From positions 27,280,001 to 27,344,000 of the forward strand of contig OZ024747.1 in NCBI GenBank assembly GCA_964016885.1: a DNA stretch of 64,000 nucleotides, given 5' to 3'. Source of the DNA: Eledone cirrhosa. Its lineage: Eukaryota. The position numbers and the translations under genes are program-made. Within the stretch, counting starts at the first letter, position 1, and every line of letters starts with the position of its first letter. The notes under the pieces are model-generated. The model did no database searches. It was given only the letters and a program-made list of their open reading frames with translations, and was not told where the DNA came from. This document shows, in pieces, positions 37,443-48,949 of the stretch.

Positions 37443-37509
37443 AATAAAGGCTTTGAACATAGCTTTGATTCTTGTGAACTCTCTCTATATATATACATTA
37501 TATATATAT

Positions 37510-37854
37510 GGAGGCATATGGCTTAGTGGTTAGAGCATTGACCTTGCAATCGAAAGGTTGTGAGTTCAATTCTCAGACCGGGTGATATGTTGTTTCCTTG
37601 AGCAAGACGCTTTATTTCACATTGCTCCAGTTTACTCAGCTGTAGAAATGAGATGATAGGGACTGGGGTCCATATCATTCCACTGCAAAGTGGTCGTGGA
37701 GGTGCCATGGCAAAAAAGCACCCAGCACTCACTGTAAATGAGGTTGGTGTTAGGAAGGGCATCCAGCTGTAGAAATCAAGCCAGAATCAGTCCCCGTCCC
37801 ACCCTTGCAAGCAGGGAAAAGTGGACGTAAAATGAAATGATGATGGTGATGATA
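37510..37854 (+). mobile_element. tRNA-derived SINE with RTE-type 3' tail
   Basis: A box TGGCTTAGTGG, B box GAGTTCAATTC, CCTTGAGCAAGAC core; 3' end CGTCCCACCCTTGCAAGCAGGGAAAAG matches the RTE at 32250-32276; (TGA)n tail. Confidence 0.85.
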
Positions 37855-39119
37855 TATATATATTTATATATACATACACTTATACATACATACACACAGA
37901 CACATATATATCATATATATATATATATATAGTAGATGATGACTGCTGCAAGCAGTGTCAGTTGATCAACATTATCACATCCTTGTCACAAAGCTTAAGG
38001 TATTACTTTGTACACAAACCATGTATGGCATTCTACTGCACATGTATTTCTACTATAGCCTCAGCCTAACACATTGCCTTGTGAGTGAAATTTACCAGAC
38101 AGAAACTTTGTGAATGCCTGTCGTGTGTGTGTGTGTGTGTGTTCATGCATAAATGTACACTGACTTATTCCTGTGTTCCCCTCCTCCTTCTACGAGAACT
38201 CCCATCTTCAACATCACTACACCCCACCACTCCATCCATCCATGTTCCTTCCAGTATGACTCCTTAGCTGTTGCCCCCACTGAAACCCTTAAATACCCTT
38301 ACTATCACACCATCATCATCATCATCATCATCTCCGTTTAACATCCATTTTTCCATGCTGGCATAGGTTAGATGAGTTATCCTGTTATAAGCAATGTCAG
38401 GTCAGGTGACAATGTCTTGCTCATACAGAACCGATTTAGGCTTGGATTCTACAACTGGGTGCCCTTCCTAGTGCCAACTTCATATACAGTGAGTGCTTTT
38501 TGTTGTGACACCTACACAACCACTTTACAGTGTAGGCTGGGCACTCTTTTGCTGTGTTGCTGTCACGACTTTACAGTGTTGGCTGGAGGCCTCATTGGAT
38601 ATAAATCATCATCTTCGTCGTCATTGTTTTAATGTCTGCTTTCCCTGCTAGCAAGGGTTAGATGGGTCTACATAGCCTAAGTCAATACTGAAGCAGAGCT
38701 AGTGATTTCCCAGGCAGGCCAGGGATCTGTGTTTTGCTTTATGTACGGTCGAAACTTTGTGCACAGGAGAGATTGTCATGTCTTTGACACAGCTGAAGAC
38801 CTTTTTGTTTGGTAAGATTTCTATGACTGGATGCCCTTCCTATCACCAACCACTTTACAGCATGTACTGGGTGCATTTATCATGTAGATCACCAATCACA
38901 AGGGAGGCTGTCATGCCCTTGACATAACTGAAGGATCCTCCTAACCCTTTGTTCTTTTTAGCCCTCCACAGCTGAATGCCCTTTCCATCACCAACTGCTT
39001 CACTGGAGGTGGGGGGGGGGGAGCAGCTACTAGGAATGTGGGTGCGGGCAGAGGGGTTGAAATAGTGATGTTGAGGATAACTGCTGGGAAGTGTTAGTGG
39101 GGTGGGTCAGTTTACACTG

Positions 39120-40045
39120 TATGCAGGTCGGGTCTTCTTCAGCACTGAATAGTGTCAGCCCTCGCAGTCTTCAGTCATTTCTGTTGTGAGGTTTAATTTT
39201 TTAAGGTTGGTTTTCACAACTTCATCCCATGTTTTCCTGGGTCTGCATCTTCTGCAGGTCCCAGCAACTGAGGTTTCTCTGCATTTCTTTATGTAACTGC
39301 TATCTTCCATGCACATCACATGTCCATATCAACACAGTCTTCTCTATTGCACACTACATCCAATTCCTCTTATGCCAAGTTTTGTCCTCAGTTTGCTTAT
39401 GCTATGTCACTCATGCACACTATCCATCAGAGCTTACTTGACTCATTCTTTCTAGCCTCTGCAGTCAAGGCCCATGTTTCACTGCCATAAAGCATTGCAT
39501 TTCGCACACGGGCATCATACAGTCTACCCTTCACTCTGAAAATATTTTTTTGTTAGCAGCTGTAACAGATCTCTAAACTTTTTCTAGCCTGTTATTATTC
39601 TAACTATCACACTTTCAGCATATCATACCCCACTGCTAATTTGATTGCCTAGGTATCGCTGTCAACAACTTCTATGGAGCCCCACTGGCAGATGAGGGAA
39701 TCTATTTTATGTGTGTTCTTTGTGCTTACTTCCCCTGTGCATCTGCCACATATAAAGTCTACCTTTTTTGTTAGCCTACCTGAAATCCCACTACATCACT
39801 TGTGCATCCACAATTTACATTGTGTGCACCTTATGGAATTTTTGCACAGCGCTTTCTGACATATGGAACAAGGCCACTTTCCTGGTGGTATCGCCTTCCT
39901 GTCTTCTTTTCTACTTATTAAAACACAATTTAGTCTTTGCTAAATTTACTTATAGGCCCATCAGCTCTATGTTCTTCCATGCTTGAACTTTTGCTTCTAA
40001 TTCTCCTACAGATTCAACTGAGGACTAGGTCATCAACATAAGGGA
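39120..40045 (-). mobile_element. Degraded RTE LINE remnant
   Basis: Reverse complement shows WELPYVDDL, KLAKTK, CKLWMHK.CSGISG, LYDARVRNAML remnants with many stops. Confidence 0.75.
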
Positions 40046-40448
40046 GCTCCCATGTTGTGCCAGTTTTTAACTCTCCAGTGTTGGCCTGAAGCACAATGAA
40101 AAACAGGAACACCATTTATCCGAATCATAGAATTTCATTTTAAACTTTGTTATACAATATCCAATGTTCCTTCTTAAAATAGTTATGTGGTATGTAATAT
40201 CCATATTCCTTCCCACAGTAGCCATATGATATACAACATCCATGTTCCCTGTCACAATAACCATATGGTATGTAATATCCATGTTTCCTCCCAAATAAGC
40301 TCCATAGTATGTTATATACATGTTCCCAATATTTGTAATAAAATGCATTCTATAGTTTTTCTATGTTTATTGTTTTGTTAATGATATGATGATGTGTGAG
40401 AACCCAGCTGACTTAGTCACCTTTCCCTTTGAATTTTTGTGATTCCAG

Positions 40449-40562
40449 CTCGAACAGTATCTGAAGAATGGTCGTCCAGTGGTGATTCAAAAGATGATGA
40501 AGAACGAGAAAGACGGTCTCCTAGGGAGAAAGATGGAAAAGATAAAGACAAAGACAGTGATG
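40449..40562 (+). CDS. DGKQ: Diacylglycerol kinase theta exon (post-C1 linker: RTVSEEWSSSGDSKDDEERERRSPREKDGKDKDKDSD)
   Basis: CCAG acceptor, GTTAGT donor, phase 1-1, joins in frame to the next exon. Confidence 0.8.
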
Positions 40563-41906
40563 GTTAGTAGCTGCCATTTTACCATTTTATTGGACTTTCA
40601 TATAGACCAGAGTTTCCCAAACATTTTTTTGACTAAAACCACCCCCACACATTTTTAGAGAAAATATTTCATCAGTACCCCTGTCCCCTGTAAAACTGAT
40701 AAAAAATTATATTTTGAAAAGTAAATTCTAATCATCATCATCATTTTACATCCATGGAATATCATCATCATCATGGACGTTAAACGATGATGATGATGAT
40801 GATGGCGTTGCATACTTGCATGAGTTGGACAGGTTATTCTCAGCACAGTATTTCTCCATTTGTCGCACTCCTTTCTCATCTTCTCTGAGCCCCAGCGATT
40901 TGTGATCAGCTCTCACCACCTCTGCCCAGGTCTTACTTAATTTTATTTACTCTTTTGTTACCATATTTCTAATAAAATACAGTCTATGTGCTGCAGATTT
41001 GGAAAATAATCAAATGTTGAGAAAGATCTAGTAATATAACTTACATTTTTCATTATTAAGTTTGTGTGGATTGGCAGTATCAGTAGAGCATCATACGCCA
41101 TGCTTTGCAGCAAAGAGTTATCTCCCTTTACTTCATGGGTTCAAATCCCACTGAGGTTAACTTTGCCTTTCATCCTTATGGGGTTGATAAAATAAAGTAC
41201 CAGTAATGCACTGAAGTAATTGCTGGCCTTGTGCCAAAAGTAGAAACAATTATTAAGTTGGTGTTTGAGACATTACTTAAATATTTCTTAAATAAAATTA
41301 TGATGGAAGGATTAATTATAAGTATGAACCTTTAAAAATGTGCAGGTTTGTATCATAAAACCAGGAACAGACAGGCTGGTAACAAAAGTGTTAAAGCATT
41401 TATTGAATAATTAAAGGTGGCAGTTTTTAAGAGTGACTACTAATTTGTATACTCTCCCTCTTTCATCCCTCATCTCACCTTAGCTTGACCTCTCTGCCAC
41501 CTTTACCTTTCTGTATCCCTCTTTATACTCCCAGCACCTCTAAGAGGGTGGTAGCACCTATCCTGGGAATCAGTAATATGAATTGTCAGAGTTGCTAAAG
41601 CATAGGAAAAAATACCTTGTGGTGTTTGTTAAGCCTCTCTACACTGTCGGATCAAATCCTGCTGAAGTCAACTTTGCTTTTCATCCTCTCGGGCTTAATA
41701 AAATAAAATACTAGTCAAGGGTGGTAGATTACATGTATGTACACACAGAAGGACTAAAACATTACATGGTAGAGTCATGTGTATTTTATTACACCTGTGA
41801 AGCGCCGCAAGTTACTCAAAAGCCATTAAGTATAACATGCCTGGTCCTCAAGTCACTGATATAGATTCCTAACTATGTTCATAACAATAATATATGTATA
41901 TGTATT

Positions 41907-41953
<47 letters not shown>

Positions 41954-42144
41954 GTATGTATTTATGTGTGTGTGTATATATATATATATATATGGGCATC
42001 AAAACAAATCATATGTAACTTTCATTTTTGTGGTTTTCAGATAATTTTTAGGCGGTGGGGTTTACTAAAATAATTTACTAAAAAATATTACCAGCTGTTG
42101 ACAATATATTTGAACTTATTGTTCTGTTTGTTCTTATTGATATA

Positions 42145-42590
42145 AAGTATGTATTGATATAAACTGGTATGTCATGGTATGTATTGATATAAACTGGTAT
42201 GTCATGGTATGTATTAATATAAAGTGGTATGTTATGATATTTATTGGTATAGAGTAGTATGTTGTGGTATGTATTGGTATAGCATGGTATGTATTGGTAT
42301 AGAGGGTATGTCATGGTATGCATTGGTATAGAGTGGTATATATTGGTATAGCATGGTATGTATTGGTATAGAGGGTATGTCATATTTATTGGTATAGAGT
42401 GGTATGTATTGGTATAACATGGTGTGTCATGGTATGTACTGATATAACATGGTATGTTATGATATGTATTGGTACAATGTTGTATGTTATGGTATGTATT
42501 AGTATAGAGTGGTATGTTGTGATATGTATTGGCATAGAGGGTATGCCATGCTATGTATTGGTATAAAGTGGTATGTCACAGTATACTATG
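42145..42590. repeat. GGTATGTATT-rich minisatellite
   Basis: Tandem 20-30-bp units ending ~30 bp before an exon. Confidence 0.85.
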
Positions 42591-42621
42591 GTACATCACA
42601 GTAATTATTTATGTATTTCAG

Positions 42622-42719
42622 CTGAAATCATTCGAGTTTTTGATGGCAATAATACAATGAAGCGACGATTGTATAGGACAATTTCAGTCAATAAAAATGC
42701 ACCTACACATGTTATATTG
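42622..42719 (+). CDS. DGKQ: DGK-theta exon (EIIRVFDGNNTMKRRLYRTISVNKNAPTHVIL)
   Basis: TTTCAG/GTAAGT, phase 1-0; start of RA-like domain. Confidence 0.9.
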
Positions 42720-43384
42720 GTAAGTTTATTTAATCAGCTAGTTGGTTAATTAATTAATTACAGCCTCACACACATACACACAATGTCAAAGGGTCAGGAA
42801 AGATGCTTTGCAGTATCTGATCCAACTCTGTGTGTTCTGGGTTCAAATCCTGTCTTCTCTTGATAGAAGTTGCTACAGGGATATAGTATCAGCAATGAAA
42901 AGACCAATAGAAACAGTTTCCTTGGTCTGATCTGAAGATCAATTTCTCTCTTCTGCCAGGAGCTGCTACTGGCAGATAGTATCAGCAATGAAAAGACCAA
43001 TAGAAACATAGTTTCCTTGGTCTGATCTGAAGATTGTTGCCTTTTCTTTCTATTTATATTGGTAAATTTAATTAGTTAACTAATCAAATATGTAACACTA
43101 TATACTATATATTTAGTATATTTCATTGACAATTTTACTGTTATTTTTTTCCAATGCTCATGTTTTTTGTAATGTCATAGCAAATTGAGTTTTCTTAAAT
43201 CATTTCTTTATTTAAGACCAATTTATTTGTTGTTGTACAACTGTTCTCTTATATAGCTTGTGTTGTTTTTTATCGGGTGACAGGGAAAATTCAAGCACCA
43301 CCCATGTAGACACAAATCATAGTTATGCAACTATTGCAGGCATATTTTATTTTCAATAGTTTTATTTACCATTTTTATTCACTG

Positions 43385-44040
43385 TCTGTCTTAATTCAAC
43401 ATATTACCTCAACTCTTATCTTAAATATATTAACCTACCCTATATCTTAATTAAACATATTACCACACCCCTGGTCTTAATTACACATATCACCCCATCC
43501 TATGTCTTAATTAAACATATTACCCCACCCCATGCCTTAATTAAACATATTACTCTACCTCATGTCTTAATTAAACATATCACCCCAACCTATGTCTTAA
43601 TTAAACATATTACCCCAGCCCATGCCATAATTCAACATATTACCCCATTCCATGTCTTAATTAAACATATTACCCCATCCCATGTCTTAATTAAACATGT
43701 TACCCCACCCCATATCTTAATTCAACATATTACCCCATCCCATGTCTTAATTAAACATTATCCCACCCTATGTCTTAATTGAGCATATTATCACACCTCT
43801 TATCTTAATTACATGTTACCCCACCCCATGTTTTAAACATATCCCATTCCTTGGATTAATTAAATATATTATCTCACCACATGTCTTAAACATATTATCC
43901 CCACCCACTGTCCTAATTAAACATACTTTCCCATCCCTTTTTTAATAAAACATACTTTCCCACCCCTTGTTTTAAATAAACATATTACCCAACCCCATAT
44001 CTTAATTAAACATCTTATCTCACCCCTTGTCTTAATCATT
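43385..44040. repeat. 30-bp minisatellite (CATGTCTTAATTAAACATATTACCCCACCC)
   Basis: About 20 tandem units. Confidence 0.9.
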
Positions 44041-44077
44041 GTTCTTTTTCAACATGCCCCTTATTTTCTTTTTTCAG

Positions 44078-44150
44078 GAGGCAGCCCTTAAAACATTCCA
44101 CATATCTGATGATCCCAAAAATTACTATGTAACTGAAGCCTCAGAGTACG
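44078..44150 (+). CDS. DGKQ: DGK-theta exon (EAALKTFHISDDPKNYYVTEASEY)
   Basis: TTTTCAG/GTAAGT, phase 0-1. Confidence 0.9.
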
Positions 44151-44164
44151 GTAAGTTAGTTCTC

Positions 44165-44885
44165 CCATTGATGTCTTCTTAGTGAGACAACTACAAGAGA
44201 AGTCCTATCACATATCCCCTCATCTTAATGGGACAACAACCAATGAAACAGCCATATATGCTCTCTTCTTAGTGGGACATCTGCAAGAAAAGTTCCTAGC
44301 TAATAGTTGGCAACTATACCTAACTTTTATAGATCTGGAGAAGACCTTTGACAGAGCATTATGATGGGTTGTTTGATGGTCTTTAAGGAAAATAGGTGTA
44401 GATGAGTGGCTATGAGAGCAGTGCAAGTCATATACATAAGTGCTGTCAGTAAAGTGAGAGCAGGAAGTGGGTTCAATGAGGAATTCAATGTGTAGATAGG
44501 TGTTCATCAATGCTTAGACCTCAACCCACTCTTGTTTATCATACATTATCTGTAGGTGGATTGGCAGTATCGGTAGAGGGTCGGACGCCATGCCTTGACG
44601 CATAGAGTTACGGCCCTTGCCATTCTGAGTTCAAATCCTGCCAAGGTTGACTTTACCTTTCATCCTTACGGGGTCGATAAAATAAAGTACCAGTAATGCA
44701 CTGGGTGATTGCTGACTTTGTGCCAAAAAGTAGAAACAATTATCTGTAGGTGATAACAAGGGAGTTTAAGACAAGCTGTTTGTGGGAACTTCTGTATGTT
44801 GATGACCTGGTCCTTATAGCTGAATCTGTTTGAAGATTTAGAAAAAAAATTCCAGACAAGGATGAGATGGTTGAAACAAAAGGTA
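44165..44885 (+). mobile_element. Degraded RTE RT fragment interrupted by a SINE (~44555-44740)
   Basis: LQEKFLA...LTFIDLEKTFDR...WELLYVDDL remnants; ATTATCTGTAGGTG is duplicated on both sides of the SINE. Confidence 0.8.
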
Positions 44886-44919
44886 GATAGATGTGAAACA
44901 GATAGATATAAGAAAGGGT

Positions 44920-45260
44920 GAGTCAGATGAGACAGAGTGGGGCAGATGAGATGGTGTGAGACAGATGAGATGGTGTGAGACAGATGAGATGGGTGTATGA
45001 CAGAGGAGATAGATGTGGGACAGATGAGATAGATAGATGTAGGACAGATGAGATAGATGTAGGACAGATGAGATAGATGTGGGACAGATGAGATAGACGA
45101 GGGACAGATGAGATAGATGTAGGACAGATGAGGTAGATGTGGGACAGATGTGGGACAGATGAGATAGATGTAGGACAGATGAGAGGGGTGTAGGACAGAT
45201 TAGATAGGTATGGGACAGATGAGATGTGTGTGAGACTGATGAGATAGATGTGGGATGGGT
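44920..45260. repeat. 20-bp minisatellite (GGACAGATGAGATAGATGT)
   Basis: Directly visible tandem units. Confidence 0.9.
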
Positions 45261-45365
45261 ATGGAACAAATAACTCAGTAGACATAATGATTCACATCAC
45301 CAATTCTCTATAGTCATTGCATAAACAATATATTTCCACTTAATGTTCATTTGCAATATTTTCAG

Positions 45366-45504
45366 GTGAGAAAGAGCTTGATGAAAACAGCCCATTTCGA
45401 CTCCAGCTCACAACTCCAGACGGAAAACGACCGTCCATATTCCTTCGCTACAAAGATAGAGACCCCGAAAAAGGATATATAAAGGTCTACTCAGGTGGCT
45501 TAAA
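45366..45504 (+). CDS. DGKQ: DGK-theta exon (GEKELDENSPFRLQLTTPDGKRPSIFLRYKDRDPEKGYIKVYSGGL)
   Basis: TTTCAG/GTATGT, phase 1-2. Confidence 0.9.
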
Positions 45505-45584
45505 GTATGTATTGCTCTTACTAAATCAGCTTCTAAATATTTTTACAGTTATTTTTGTCTTTTCTTATGTCTGATTGGAGAGGT

Positions 45585-46748
45585 TAACCCTTTTCTTACC
45601 ATATTTCTAATAAAAGACACTGTCTATATAAACCATTTATCAAACTCTTTTGAAAATCATGAAACATTTTGGAGAATTTAGTAAAATGATTAACATTTCC
45701 TTATTAAGTTGATGTTTGGAATATAACAGGCAAATGTTCTTATATTTTAATTTCAATATGAACATTTTAAAACGAGTAGTTCTATATAAAACTAGCTGAG
45801 GTACCCAGCTTTGCCCAGGTAAACAGATAAGCGAAGACAGGTAGAAAAGAAAATGACTGTATTGGATGAATTGTCTGCTTTACAGTATGAGGCATGACCA
45901 TTCTGTGTGTGTGTGGGTGTGTGAAAAAAAACAGTTGAAAATCTTTCAGATATACCAGATTCTTCACTTTACCATTCATGCATAGTATATGAAGATTTTC
46001 AGGTGTTCACACTCATGAAAAACCTACATATAACTGTCCATGGGTAAAAACCAGCTCTCTCCTATTCAATTCTACAACTTTTGAGACTCTGATTCTGAGC
46101 TTTATTTATGATCATAGCAAAACTGGCTCTAACAGGAAACTAAAGTCTTTAGAATTTGAATGGCAGCTCAATAGAGAAAGGGTTGAGAGGAATCTTGAGA
46201 ATAAATGCATTTTCCCCTTGAATTCCAAGAATAGTGAACTCTAGGAGATGGTTCATCATCCTCTCAACTGTTAAGTGTGTGCCATTGCATAGACGTAGTG
46301 GGTTCAGGTTTCTTAAAAGGATGATGGGTGTTCCAATCTTTTATATTATATATAGATATAGACATAAATAATTATAATAAATGTGTGTGTGTGCGTGTTT
46401 TTAAACCAGTGTTCATATCCATTGAGATGTTGGCTTTGAAGCATGAACATCCCTGTCAACTGATGCGCTGAGAGAATCTCTTATGGTTGTCTCCCAACCT
46501 ACTAGAAATAGCAGTCGGGCTGGTTAGCATACTTGGGATGTTTTTCTTCTTTGATTTTATAAAATGAGTATCAATAAACTTTCCTGAGTATACTCTTATT
46601 CCATTGGTGTACTTACTTTTCGATTGTCAGGTTTTGTTTTGTGTGATGCGCGAAGACACCAACCAACCAACAAACAAGCATCTCTATTTTATATTATATA
46701 TAGACATCTAGGGTCCATTTTCAGGCAGGTTCGTATCAAAAGGGTTAA
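45585..46748. mobile_element. TTAA-flanked MITE split by a Helitron-like insert
   Basis: TTAACCCTTTTCTTACC...GTATCAAAAGGGTTAA; related ends at ~11201, ~40946-41394, ~60812 and ~62948. Confidence 0.6.
45792..46356 (-). mobile_element. Non-autonomous Helitron-like element (may extend to a second 5' end at ~46704)
   Basis: Minus strand begins A|TCTATATATAATATAAAAG and ends with hairpin CCTGGGCAAAGCTGGG then CTAG|T. Confidence 0.6.
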
Positions 46749-46779
46749 GAAAAATGTCTAGTTTCTTTTTGTGTAATAT

Positions 46780-47237
46780 TGTAATGAAGGGTAGATTATA
46801 TGATGCCTGAATACAAAGTGCAATATTGCATGATAGTGAAACATGGGTGGTGAATGCAGAGGACAAGCAATGGCTTGGAAGAAAAGAGGCAAGCTTACTT
46901 TGTTGAATGTGTGATGTTAGTGTGCATGAATGACAAAGCACAAAAGAGATGAGAGAAAAAGTGGGTATAAGAGGAATTAAATGTAGCGTGCAATAGAGAA
47001 GAGTGTACTAGTATGGTCACATGATGTGTATGGATGATGATTGTTAGGTGAAAAAGTGCCAAAAGATCCCAGTTGAAGGAAGCTGTAGTAGATGAAGACT
47101 GAGGGAAACCTGGGCAAAAGTGATGAGTGCTGATCTCAGAACAATGAACTACATAGACAATGAGTAAAGAGAAGATATGTAGACAAAAATCTGTTCAACC
47201 CATGGAAGCATGACAAAAAACAGATGTAAAAATGATA
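46780..47237 (+). mobile_element. Degraded RTE 3' remnant
   Basis: KGRLYDA..QSAILHDSETW...YGHMM remnants and an RTE-like tail. Confidence 0.7.
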
Positions 47238-47822
47238 ATGTAAATATTTGGCACTGTTGTGTGACCCAAATATCTAGTTTTGAAACTAAAACAACTACTA
47301 TGTCAAAGTTATTTTAACCACAGTTGTACTTATCTGGAAAGTGACTTGATCTGAGACTGTGTTGAAACTAAAACAATTACATCATGGAAGAGTCAGTTTA
47401 GCCATTCAAAAAACACAAAAGACTTTACATTTATTAATTATTTCTTGACTCTAAGAAATAAATAATAAATTAAAATGAAATTAATAGTTTTTGTTTGATT
47501 TTTTTTTAGTGGCTAAAATGACTTTTCCATGATCAAATTGGTATATGGACATTGTTATATACCATCTATAACTGTATAAACTATAAGTAGTTACATATCT
47601 AAATAATATATATACCTTCTGTGACAATATAAATTATAAGTGGTTATATACCCAAACAATATATTTATCTTTTGTGACTATATAAATCATATATTATGTA
47701 CTTAATATATATATATATATATATACACCTTCTGTGATGGTATATATTATATATTGTTATATATCTCAACAATATATATCCCTTCTGTGATTGTATAACT
47801 CATAAGTGGTTCTATATTCCAG

Positions 47823-47913
47823 AGTGTCTGTCGGAAGCAAGTTTGTTCCAATCAACAAAGATACTACAACAGACATGGTGATAAGGACAGCACTTAGAAA
47901 GTTTGGTTTGGAG
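47823..47913 (+). CDS. DGKQ: DGK-theta exon (VSVGSKFVPINKDTTTDMVIRTALRKFGLE)
   Basis: TTCCAG/GTAAGA, phase 2-0; RA domain. Confidence 0.9.
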
Positions 47914-47974
47914 GTAAGAGAAATTGATTTACATTAAAGTATATTTTAAAAAATTATTATATATATGGTGATCA

Positions 47975-48621
47975 CATGCTGCTTACTTGAGAGAAGATTA
48001 CATTGGTATGGTCATGTGATGCTCATGAAAAACGACAGCTGTATAAAAAAGTGCAGGGCGATCAAAATTGATGGAAGTTACAGAGTAGGTAGACTCAGAA
48101 AAACCTAGGACGACATGATAAAATCCGCCCTTGTACACTTACAGCTCTCTAAGACAATGTCATTGGATCGAGATCTTTAGCGCCATGCAGTAATACAGAA
48201 GACCCGCCTTCCCTATGTGCAAAGTTAACCTACAGTCAGTAGGCCCCTCCTAACCAAATATACACCCCAACCCACTACCCCTACCCCATCCTCCCACTCC
48301 CACCAACACCACCCTTTCTCTGTAAAGTTATGTTGGTACCACAACATCCAGTCCAAACTAAAGGTGTCACAACAAAAAAAAACACACAGTCCATGCTGTA
48401 ATGTGGTTGTGTAGGAAACATGGTAAAAAGGCTCCCAGTCCACACTGTAAATGTGGTTGGTGTTAGGAAGGGCATCCAGCCATAGAAAACCTGCCAGATA
48501 TAGTCCTATATGAGCGAGACACGGTCACCTAATTAATCTTGCCTCAAGTGGGACATTCCCGTCTAACCCATGCTAGCGTGGAAGATAGACGTTAAACAAC
48601 GATGATGATGATGATGATGAT
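47975..48621 (+). mobile_element. RTE 3' end (same family as copies 1-3), older copy
   Basis: Matches 3620-4247; (GAT)n tail. Confidence 0.9.
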
Positions 48622-48949
48622 GGAAAAATAGGAAATGAGTCAATTGTCCGATCAGAGCAAGGATATAATGTTTCAATAGGCCTTTCAATTTCTGATATTA
48701 TCTGCCAGTTGACACTCCTGGCAGAAGATGCAACATGAAAGCAACATGAAATAAAATATTTTACTTAAGAACATAGTATCAACCCAGTCTAAAAATGTAA
48801 CCCATGACCTTATGATCAACACCTTCACCACTAAGTCATCTGCCTTCACACATATATATGTGTTGTGTCGGGGAGTGGAGAAAGTGAATCAGCTTGTTTT
48901 TATGCATGTATATGTGTAGATGTATGCGTAAATTTATATATAAGTAAGA

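Larger units (their letters stand above)
37125..37482. repeat. 358-bp inverted repeat (arms ~173 bp, 12-nt loop)
   Basis: Arms 37125-37298 and 37311-37482 are reverse complements with a few mismatches. Confidence 0.95.

Noticed and set aside
37147-37460. Two mirror-image 93-aa ORFs
   Set aside because: By-product of the inverted repeat; no protein features.
37510-37585. tRNA-like sequence
   Set aside because: No acceptor stem; it is a SINE head.
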